DNA from: Macrostomum hystrix
Taxonomy: Eukaryota > Animalia > Platyhelminthes
Direction: 5' to 3'
Length of the DNA: 64,000 nucleotides
NCBI GenBank assembly: GCA_950097015.1
Contig: CATNEN010000038.1
Location: 33,108,001-33,172,000 of the forward strand
Shown here: piece by piece, positions 1-10,386 of the stretch
Numbering within the stretch: the first letter of the stretch is position 1
Layout: every line of letters starts with the position of its first letter
Notes under the pieces: model-generated
Databases searched by the model: none
Seen by the model: only the letters and a program-made list of their open reading frames with translations
Told to the model about the DNA's origin: nothing
Made by a program: the position numbers and the translations under genes

Positions 1-170
1 AGACACCCAGCACAGACAGACAGACAGACAGATGGACAGACAGTCAGACAGACAGATGGATGGACGAATGGACATATACATATATACGAGTATATTGGTA
101 TATTAGATAATACGTGGAGCAGTGAGTCACGCCCATAAAGCATATAGCACATTTACACTCCGTAAATTAT

Positions 171-196
171 AGCCGTACCCAACGGTGGGTACGGCT
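171..196. other. Perfect 10-bp-stem hairpin AGCCGTACCC-aacggt-GGGTACGGCT next to GACA microsatellite (copy at 5671-5696)
   Basis: Direct inspection; flanked by inverted TGAGTCAC (123-130) and GTGACTCA (199-206). Confidence 0.85.
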
Positions 197-357
197 CAGT
201 GACTCATTGGAATTTCAGAGGCGGGTTAGACTTTTGAAAATGGATAGTTTCGTCAAACGTAAGCCGACTGGAATACCCTAGGGATTACAGCCATTGCAAA
301 ATTGGTTTTGAATTGAATAGCAGTTCAGTAAGCGTGATTCAGCAGTCGACCATTTTT

Positions 358-484
358 TTTCAACCAATCAGAATTAGGGGACACACAAACCGACCCTGTG
401 AATGTAAGTCACAACGCAGGTTTCAACCAATCAGAATTAGGGGACACACAAACCGACCCTGTGAATATAAGTCACAACGCAGGC
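358..484 (+). promoter_or_regulatory. Two 63-bp direct repeats, each with a CCAAT box, upstream of the RPA-like gene (copy at 5858-5984)
   Basis: CAACCAATCAGAATTAGGGG...CGCAGG at 361 and 424; lies 110-240 bp before ATG 596. Promoter role is inferred. Confidence 0.55.
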
Positions 485-595
485 TTTCATATGGGAACTC
501 CTAACTACTCAGCTAGACTCAACGTAAGTTTAAGTTACATTATTTACATTTGTACTTTGATATTGTCGCTTATTTTTCCGTCTCTCTCACTTACC

Positions 596-1726
596 ATGGC
601 TTCCTACAACGTCAACAACGAACACAAGCGGCCGAAGCTGACGATCGAAGGTTTGCGCCTCGGCTGGATGTCAGCCGCGATTACTGGCGAAGTGTCTGGC
701 CAGACGACTGCCATTAGGAACTTCAATAGCACTAGAGGGCCAGGCCAGGTGTTTTCGTTCATCCTTGTCGACAGCACTGCCGAGATTCGCGTCTGTGTTT
801 TCGGCAAAGACTTGCAGGAGCTGCATGACGTCTGCAGGGCGGGCCAGGCTGTCCGCATTGCCGGAGGCGAGGTGAAGATGGCGGCCGCTCAATTCAACAC
901 CGCGGACAACAAGTTCGAAATTGTTGTGTCTGTCGACTCGAGAGGCAGCATTTATCGCAGCAACGAAGTTGTTGAACCGCGTGCACCCGTGTTTACGCCG
1001 ATTTCAGAACTCGAGTCCGTGGAGTCGAACAAGTAGGCGTCATGAATTTCATACATTTTTGGGTTTTATACTAAAAAATGGAATTCGTGCAATGCGGGAA
1101 TAGAAGACTGATATTTGAGTAATCAATACCACCAATTCCACAGGCACGTCAGTGTACGCGGTGCAATCGCGTCGATTCAGCCGGAAAGGGAAGTCACGAA
1201 GCGAGACGGATCTACGGTTACCCTCACAAAGGTGAAGCTGGTAGACGCTTCAAAGTCAACGGTGGAATGCACCTTCTGGGGAGCCTCGACCTCCCAGGTG
1301 GCTGACTGGTCGGTTGGCGACGCTCTAGAAGTGCAGAGAGCAACGGCCCAGCAGTTTTCTGGACTTGTCAACCTGAGTTGCAAGGAAGCCAAGAAATGTG
1401 ATGCCACATCATGGCCAGAACTGCGGAGCCTGGTTGATTCATCGGACTCAAACCAGGAGGAATTCTGTCCCGTGATGGCATCACAGCCGGCAAATTCTGA
1501 GCGGCACCGGCCGACACCGCAGCAGTCGAGGTCGGAAATCGTCATGGACTATCCCCGGAATTTCTACGAAGCGTACAGCAGTGTGCAGCAGCTCCGGCTT
1601 CGCTTTGAGGGCTTGGAGATAGTTTACACGCAGAGCAACCAGGAGCAGGCACATGTACAACCGCAGACCAGCACGCCAGAACCAAGCTTCCAGACTCATG
1701 ATGCTGATAAGAATTCAAATGAGTGA
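596..1726 (+). CDS. RPA70-like ssDNA-binding protein, two OB folds (DBD-A/B-like); exons 596-1032 and 1144-1726, ~339 aa
   Basis: GQVFSFILVDSTAEIRVCVFG, KMAAAQFNTADNKFEI, FTPISEL and VKLVDASKSTVECTFWG resemble RPA70 DBD-A/B motifs. GT-AG intron 1033-1143 joins the two ORFs in frame. A GTGAGT donor at 1723 could extend the gene. Confidence 0.8.
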
Positions 1727-3326
1727 GTAAATCGGGACAGACTTAAAATTCAATTGTGTTCTTGATTGTATTATTAAAGTCACATGGAGTCTCAGTGAAG
1801 TGTTTTTGCCCGGATGATTCACTGAGTAAATCCTACTATTTAAGGGTAGGTCGCTGCAAATCAGATTATGGGCTGACAGAGTCTGTGAACTGTACATATC
1901 AGCTGCCTTATGTACTGCTGGAGGTTCCAAACTCTGATAAATGGGATTTGCAGCTGGCGAGCTCTGAAGCAGCTATTATGCAGAGCTGGTGAAAGTGACT
2001 TTGTGTGTAATGGTGTCTGCATGAATGTCCCATTGCTTATACCCAATGCATGCAACTATCGCAGTGAAGCGAGTCAGGCAGTAGTCAGAATGACTTGAGT
2101 TATCAGTGCCTCTGTTGCACCAGTCTCTGGCTACTGCTTGATGGTTTTACCTGCTTAATCGACAGTTCCTACTGCCCCATAACTGCTTTTTAAGTGCAAT
2201 TATTACATGTTATTTTTTAAATAAAAAATATAATTGATTATAGTGCAAGGTAGCCATAATAACATTTTGTAGTCCCTCTTGCAGCAAGGGCAGATGGTTG
2301 CATTATTTTAATTATTTTAAAGATTCCTGTTTTCCTAACTTTTTGGTGCATTGAAATAAATAAAAGCGTATAAAATTAATTCCGGGTTCAGTTTGAAACT
2401 TATTGCATGCTTATTTATATAAATTAAATCAATGTTCATAATTAGGAAAAGAAAATCTTTGACTAGCAAACAGAGAATGTAAAACAAAAAAAGCACTGTC
2501 AGTTGGGCAGACGCTTCAGCAAAGTGCATTACATATCGTCGGGTATACATTGCATTGTAAGCCAGATTGAAGGCTACTTTGTTTGCCAGTTGACACCAAC
2601 AATTGTCAAGCATTTTGCATATGGAAGAGGAATAAAATGGTTCTATTCAGCAAAAGTGATTACTTACTTGCAGAACATTACATGTATAAAGGGGAAAGGT
2701 TGCGCGCAAAAAAGGGGAATATTACCGTGCTTATTTGGTGTGGCATGGCAAAGACGCAACAATTTAAAACATAAGCATACAAAATACACCAGTGTCTGAT
2801 ATTCAGGCGTCATAAAGACTTTCAAAATAGTATCTGAACATTGAAGCCTTAATAAAGCATTCTCCATTAGCTACACAGTAATATAAAAATATAATTGATT
2901 ATAGTGCAAGGTAGCTATAATAACATTTCATACAGTCTCAGCAAGGGCCTGAGATAAAAGTACACTGATTAAATGATACCCACAAACTGAGTTAAGCGTA
3001 CAATGAGACTATAGACCATTCAAATAGTGACTATTCATTTCACGACTGGCTGCGGGGGGCTGAGGGCCAGTTTTAGCCGGCAGCCAATCAGAAACGAGGG
3101 CGTTTAGTAGTAATTGGATGAGCTGGTTTGGAATGGTAGAATATGCAATACGGAATATATCTGGAAAATTCCAGAAACCAGTAAGCCCCTTAAAACCCGT
3201 GAGTCTAGCGCAGACATGCTGGACTGGTATTTAAAGTTATAAGTTTCATACCCAAGACTAGAGAGACAGACGATCAACAACAACAATCATCAAGACGATC
3301 ATCAAGCAATCTGACTTCAAGCAAGT

Positions 3327-3707
3327 ATGCACATTAATAACTACTTCTCGAGCGGCGGGCCAGGGAGAGGCGGTCGACGTCGCACCGGACCCCGGGGCGG
3401 TCCAGCCGCAGGATGCTACTTCTGCGGTGGGCCGCACCGGGTCATCCGGTGCGACCGTATGAGGGCCGTCGCCCTGGCCCTCCAGCAGGAGGAGGGGCAG
3501 CAGCAGCCGCCACCGCAGCAGCAGCAGCCGCCGCCGCAGCAGCAGCAGCAGCAGCAGCCGCCAACGGAGCAGCAAGCGCAGCGGTCGTCAGGTAGCGCAG
3601 CGAACCTGGCAGCATCGGTTGCCCGAATGGGCCTAACGGCCCAGTCAGGTCCGCCGCCTCCACCGCCGCCTCCACCGCCTCCACCTCCAACGGGAAAAAA
3701 GAAATGA
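3327..3707 (+). CDS. Small RG-rich, CX2CX3HX4C zinc-knuckle, polyQ/polyP protein (126 aa)
   Basis: GC-rich ORF island with CYFCGGPHRVIRC; upstream CCAAT (~3084) and TATTTAAA (~3228). Confidence 0.5.
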   Translation: MHINNYFSSGGPGRGGRRRTGPRGGPAAGCYFCGGPHRVIRCDRMRAVALALQQEEGQQQPPPQQQQPPPQQQQQQQPPTEQQAQRSSGSAANLAASVARMGLTAQSGPPPPPPPPPPPPPTGKKK

Positions 3708-4518
3708 AATGAATTTATTTAAAATTGCAACTCCATAAAAAAGTGATGTAACGTTTCAGAATCGGATAACTACAAGTGTAAGAATTATGGATTCAATCGA
3801 AATTAAAACTAGCCGAAATTAAATCATGTTAAGAAGACGAAAATCTAATATTTTGTCTTTATTTGTCTAATCTAATATCTGTCACAGTTATTCAAAACTA
3901 AGACTGTTTTGTTGATGAGATGCTTACATGTCATGTCACTTCAGACCCTTTTATACTGTAGTAAAGTAGTTTTTCTATACATATCGGTCGATGTATTGAA
4001 TTCGGGTCATTTTATGGACAAAAAATTACTGATCATTGCAAGTATAGGTTTTTAATTATTCTAAAATAAATTTCTTGGAATTTATAAAACAACATTTCTT
4101 TTGAATGTATTTTGTATGTTGAGTTATTGGAAACAAGGATTTATTGTTGTTTCTTATTTTCGCCGCTTTGTTTAAAGATTCGTTCATATCGACATTACGT
4201 ATAAGTAGTACTTGCTCTCCTCCGTGTCTAGATTTAATTCGGTTTAAGAGACCTCTTGAGACAGCTCAATGAGAATTATTGTGCCTTGTTGTCAAAGCGA
4301 AATTTGAACAGAGAAATTCAATAGGAGAATAGGAGAAAGCATTAAAACTCTACTGTTGACCACTTGTGAAAAGTACTGTAAGCTAATAAACACACTTTGC
4401 TAGCAATTCAAGAAACAAAGAACAAAGAAGTAATTTATGTACTTCAAGTTAATTATTGTCAGCTATTAGACAAAAGTATATAACCCAGACAGACAGACAG
4501 AGTGATAGACAGACAGAC

Positions 4519-5327
4519 TATAGCGCATTAAGTTTAGTGTGTGTTGCTTCTCGGTTTGATGTCTCACTCTTCTTCTTTCGATCGTAAGTCCAAGCTGTAG
4601 TCTTCTGTAGTAGTCTAGCAGTGTATTCGCTGTGTCGATGACATGAATGCAATAACTAAGTATGACTATCGACTCTTTCAAGTAAGGCTAATGATCTATA
4701 ACTATTCTAGATCGGAAACTACTGCGATCAGAGTTTAAGTCAGGAACTAACGCGGAAAGCAATGTCTTATGGATTCAAGTGCAATACTAACGGAGCTCGA
4801 GTCTTAGCTCTCAAAATCCGCGGGTGCCGGGCAGCTCCCGCGCCCCGCTCCATCTTATATAATGTGCTCAAACCCCTCTTTTCCGAGGGGATGGAAAAGC
4901 CTTAGCAACAGAGCGCAAGAGAATTTGTGAAGAGTGGGGTCGCAGCCCCGAGTTTAGTACAGCGCAAAGAATTGGATTACTCGGTTGGCAGGCACACCAA
5001 ACCCGGTCCTAAGGACGGTGGGGCAAAGGCCTAAAAACTCATCTCCAGATAGAGTCCAGGCCGGCTCCGCCTCCTCCCGTGGTCACGGGGTCCGATGTCT
5101 GCCTTCGGTCGATTCTCCTCCCACCAGTCTCCCCCGCTGGCCGGTTCGGGCCGGTTCCGATTTTGCTGTCAGGCCGGGTCGTGTTTGCGCTGAAATGAAT
5201 GGGTGGGTTTCGGGGCGTGTCCACATCTAACCTGTCTGCTTTCAGTTGCTTGGCCTCTAGGCTATTGCTATTTTTAGCCTACCTCCTAGAGCTCTCTCGA
5301 GTTCCTTTCAGATTTCTAAGTCTTATA
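4519..5327. mobile_element. ~809-bp insertion splitting a GACA microsatellite; possible solo LTR with TATA...TATA termini
   Basis: GACA repeats on both sides (4486-4518 and 5328 onward), CAGAC at both junctions, minus-strand TATATAA at ~4855-4861. Confidence 0.35.
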
Positions 5328-5416
5328 CAGACAGACAGAAAGACAGACAGACAGAGAGACAGATGGACAGACAGACATACAGATCGACAGACAGACAGAC
5401 AGTTAGAAAGACAGAT

Positions 5417-5505
<89 letters not shown>

Positions 5506-5570
5506 CCCAGCACAGACAGACAGACAGACAGATGGACAGACAGTCAGACAGACAGATGGATGGACGAATG
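5328..5570. repeat. (GACA)n microsatellite (also 1-70 and 4486-4518)
   Basis: Direct inspection. Confidence 0.95.
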
Positions 5571-6095
5571 GACATATACATATATACGAGTATATTGGTA
5601 TATTAGATAATACGTGGAGCAGTGAGTCACGCCCATAAAGCATATAGCACATTTACACTCCGTAAATTATAGCCGTACCCAACGGTGGGTACGGCTCAGT
5701 GACTCATTGGAATTTCAGAGGCGGGTTAGACTTTTGAAAATGGATAGTTTCGTCAAACGTAAGCCGACTGGAATACCCTAGGGATTACAGCCATTGCAAA
5801 ATTGGTTTTGAATTGAATAGCAGTTCAGTAAGCGTGATTCAGCAGTCGACCATTTTTTTTCAACCAATCAGAATTAGGGGACACACAAACCGACCCTGTG
5901 AATGTAAGTCACAACGCAGGTTTCAACCAATCAGAATTAGGGGACACACAAACCGACCCTGTGAATATAAGTCACAACGCAGGCTTTCATATGGGAACTC
6001 CTAACTACTCAGCTAGACTCAACGTAAGTTTAAGTTACATTATTTACAATTGTACTTTGATATTGTCGCTTATTTTTCCGTCTCTCTCACTTACC

Positions 6096-7226
6096 ATGGC
6101 TTCCTACAACGGCAACAACGAACACAAGCGGCCGAAGCTGACGATCGAAGGTTTGCGCCTCGGCTGGATGTCAGCCGCGATTACTGGCGAAGTGTCTGGC
6201 CAGACGACTGCCATTAGGAACTTCAATAGCACTAGAGGGCCAGGCCAGGTGTTTTCGTTCATCCTTGTCGACAGCACTGCCGAGATTCGCGTCTGTGTTT
6301 TCGGCAAAGACTTGCAGGAGCTGCATGACGTCTGCAGGGCGGGCCAGGCTGTCCGCATTGCCGGAGGCGAGGTGAAGATGGCGGCCGCTCAATTCAACAC
6401 CGCGGACAACAAGTTCGAAATTGTTGTGTCTGTCGACTCGAGAGGCAGCATTTATCGCAGCAACGAAGTTGTTGAACCGCGTGCACCCGTGTTTACGCCG
6501 ATTTCAGAACTCGAGTCCGTGGAGTCGAACAAGTAGGCGTCATGAATTTCATACATTTTTGGGTTTTATACTAAAAAATGGAATTCGTGCAATGCGGGAA
6601 TAGAAGACTGATATTTGAGTAATCAATACCACCAATTCCACAGGCACGTCAGTGTACGCGGTGCAATCGCGTCGATTCAGCCGGAAAGGGAAGTCACGAA
6701 GCGAGACGGATCTACGGTTACCCTCACAAAGGTGAAGCTGGTAGACGCTTCAAAGTCAACGGTGGAATGCACCTTCTGGGGAGCCTCGACCTCCCAGGTG
6801 GCTGACTGGTCGGTTGGCGACGCTCTAGAAGTGCAGAGAGCAACGGCCCAGCAGTTTTCTGGACTTGTCAACCTGAGTTGCAAGGAAGCCAAGAAATGTG
6901 ATGCCACATCATGGCCAGAACTGCGGAGCCTGGTTGATTCATCGGACTCAAACCAGGAGGAATTCTGTCCCGTGATGGCATCACAGCCGGCAAATTCTGA
7001 GCGGCACCGGCCGACACCGCAGCAGTCGAGGTCGGAAATCGTCATGGACTATCCCCGGAATTTCTACGAAGCGTACAGCAGTGTGCAGCAGCTCCGGCTT
7101 CGCTTTGAGGGCTTGGAGATAGTTTACACGCAGAGCAACCAGGAGCAGGCACATGTACAACCGCAGACCAGCACGCCAGAACCAAGCTTCCAGACTCATG
7201 ATGCTGATAAGAATTCAAATGAGTGA
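6096..7226 (+). CDS. Second copy of RPA70-like gene; exons 6096-6532 and 6644-7226
   Basis: Matches copy 1 except V->G near the N-terminus. Confidence 0.8.
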
Positions 7227-10200
7227 GTAAATCGGGACAGACTTAAAATTCAATTGTGTTCTTGATTGTATTATTAAAGTCACATGGAGTCTCAGTGAAG
7301 TGTTTTTGCCCGGATGATTCACTGAGTAAATCCTACTATTTAAGGGTAGGTCGCTGCAAATCAGATTATGGGCTGACAGAGTCTGTGAACTGTACATATC
7401 AGCTGCCTTATGTACTGCTGGAGGTTCCAAACTCTGATAAATGGGATTTGCAGCTGGCGAGCTCTGAAGCAGCTATTATGCAGAGCTGGTGAAAGTGACT
7501 TTGTGTGTAATGGTGGCCGCATGAATGTCCCATTGCTTATACCCAATGCATGCAACTATCGCAGTGAAGCGAGTCAGGCAGTAGTCAGAATGACTTGAGT
7601 TATCAGTGCCTCTGTTGCACCAGTCTCTGGCTACTGCTTGATGGTTTTACCTGCTTAATCGACAGTTCCTACTGCCCCATAACTGCCTTTTAGTGCAATT
7701 ATCACATGTTATTTTTTTAATAAAAAATATAATTGATTATAGTGCAAGGTTAACATTTACAGTCCCTTTTACAGCAAGGGCAGATTGTTGCATTATTTTA
7801 TGTATTTAAAAGATTCCTGATTTCCAACTATTTTGGTGCATATAAATAAATAAAAGTGTATAAAATTAATTTCGGGTGCAGTTTGAAACTTATTGCATGC
7901 TCCTTTATATAAATTAAATCTATGTTCATAATTAGGAAAAGAAAATCTTAGACTAGCAATCAGTATGTAAAACTAAAAAGCACTGTCACTTGGGCAGACG
8001 CTTCAGCAAAATGCATTACATATCATCGGGTATACATTGCATTGTAGGCCAGATTGAAGGCTACTTTGTTTGCCAATTGACACCAACAATTGTTGAGCAT
8101 TTTGCATATGGAAGAGGAATAAGATGGTTCTATTCAGTAAAAGTGATTACTTACTTGCAGATCATTACATGTTTCATATAAAATGAGATTTGATTCAAAA
8201 TAATTTTTGACAACCGATTTTCACCATTTCTTCACCAAAACATGCCAAATATGGGGGCAATAATACACGTATTTTTATTAAGCTTAACTTTATTGCTAAG
8301 GGGATTAAATATTTGAAAAAGATGACTTTTGGCCTGATTTTTCAAAGGTCAAAATATCTTGGCCTATTGAGAATTTTACTCACTGCCACTGAATTAGAAT
8401 TGCATTGTCAAATTCCGCAACAAGCCCTAGCTAGTTGAATTTGAAGCCTGCACTCTGGAGACAAATAGGAAATAAATGTACACAAACAACCGCGAGACTG
8501 AGTGTACTCTATTTTCTTACTTCATTGTACTAAGCCAGTACTTTGAGAATTCATTTTATAAGGCAGATTTTTGCACCCACTAACCAACAGTCGGAATAGC
8601 CGATGTGTAGGCACTAGGAATAGGTTAGGCTAGGCTAGGCGAAGTGTCCCTGGTTCGACTCTGCACTGTGTCAAATCATTTAAATTAATTGTCAGCCAGT
8701 AGTTTTTTAAAACTAAAAGCGATAATTTTTTATTTAATTTTGAAAATAAAGGGAAAACTTTTAATTCACTTTTGCATAGCAAAAACAGTGTCTGGGTAAA
8801 TCTCACCAAGCAACATCGGAATTTGTCCTCTTAAAAAATTCTCGAAAACAACACATGTAATAGCTCTAAAATATTTATTTCCACCAACAGAATGTAGTTT
8901 GCATACTAAAAGCACAAAATATTAAAGTCTTATGCTTGAAAATTATTTTTTGTTTTTCTGGAGAAACGTACATCACGACTGTTACAAATAAATTATAAAT
9001 CGTCCTTTTAGCAGATATTATCAATGGTATAACTAATTTGCACTTAAAAAAGACTAACTAAACCTTTTTGTTGCTAAAGTTTTTTCTGATTACTAGTTTT
9101 TTTGTTTTTCTCCTTGATCTATGGACTCAATATTTTTTAACGTTGGTAGTTCGCACAAGCTAATTATGGCTTACATCTTAATTATAGCTACTAAGATGAA
9201 AGCAGATATGCCAACTCAAAGCCGAACAGAAGTCTTTTAGCTTAATGAAATACATTTTACCTCTGTTAGATTACATAGATAAAATGTTTCGAGAGAATAT
9301 TATTGTTTGTTCTATCTGCAGAAAAAGATAAAAATCGATTATTAAAAGAAAGTAACCATCCTAGATCCTATAGGCTATAGATGGAAGACTTTAGATTTTT
9401 CTGTTCTAAAGTGTAAAGCTGAAGCATAAGCTTTGCAAATGAATTATTGAAATTATTTTATAGAAATTATAATGGTATTGAACAGAAGCGGGACAGATCG
9501 TGATTAGAAAAATTATTAATTACATACAAAAATCGCAAAAGCAGCATTTATATCCGTAGAACAAATCAAAGGAACAAAGTTTTCAGTTCTCTAGAAATTG
9601 AGAGTATATTCAGAATATTGGGAATATTTAAAAGCAAACAAATAATGTCATTGTCTACTGATGATTACAAATAGAGAGAAGGGAAATGGACCTATAGTTC
9701 ATGTTTGTGCTGAAGAAATCCACTATAAATGTGCTTTATGACATAAATCAAAATTGGACTTGTCTATCAATTAGACTGATATAAAAGTGATATAAAATCT
9801 ACATACTGTACTAGGACATTCACTGAATGATTATGCTCAATAGATTCATTTATTTGGATAAAATAAATGCACGAATATAAATTACTATGAAACCCAAAAC
9901 AATTTACCTGTTTAAATAATATTTAAACAGGCAGCACCAGCTACGGAACGAGACTACACTCATTGCAGGGAAAGAACTACGGGAAAGCCCCCGAGGGAAA
10001 ATATCGTAGACCTGGTTGGTTTAAAGAGTATGTTTCAATATTATTATTTTCATTATTTGTAATTTGTTGCACGCGTACTCAATTTCTACCCCCCATGCGC
10101 TGAGTCATTTTCTCTCTGGCGGCAACTCATTCTTGGACTTCAGCATGTACGTTTATTTGCCCACCCCAATTAAATTGATTTAAATAGACTACTGGTCGTT

Positions 10201-10304
10201 AGCAGCGCTGAGAGTGACCGCGTCGTTATAGCCTATAGTTTCAAAGCTCAATTGACGGCCTACTTAGTTTCTTTTCAATAGTTGAGAACTAGCTCACAAA
10301 CATT

Positions 10305-10322
10305 TGGTAGCAGAGCGTGGTT
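10305..10322 (+). promoter_or_regulatory. Primer-binding site, initiator tRNA-Met type
   Basis: TGGTAGCAGAGCGTGGTT 2 nt after the 5' LTR; resembles the complement of the eukaryotic tRNAiMet 3' end. Confidence 0.75.
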
Positions 10323-10386
10323 TGTCAAGCCACCAGACATCGCTTATAATAGTGCAAGTCCGAGCTAGCCAATACAGTAGGCAGAA

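Larger units (their letters stand above)
1..8177. repeat. 5500-bp tandem duplication unit (1-5500, then partial copy 5501-~8177; runs off the left edge)
   Basis: Sequence and ORFs recur at exactly +5500. Near-identical to ~7685, visibly diverged 7685-8177, then unique. Confidence 0.95.

Noticed and set aside
398-595. N-terminal extension of the RPA-like ORF
   Set aside because: Spans the promoter-like 63-bp repeats; ATG 596 (ACCATGG) is the better start.
5199-5652. ORFs of DRQT/SVCL repeats
   Set aside because: Translations of the GACA microsatellite.
8590-8675. tRNA/SINE-like A- and B-box motifs (GGTTCGACTC at 8652-8661)
   Set aside because: No convincing cloverleaf; at most a decayed SINE head.
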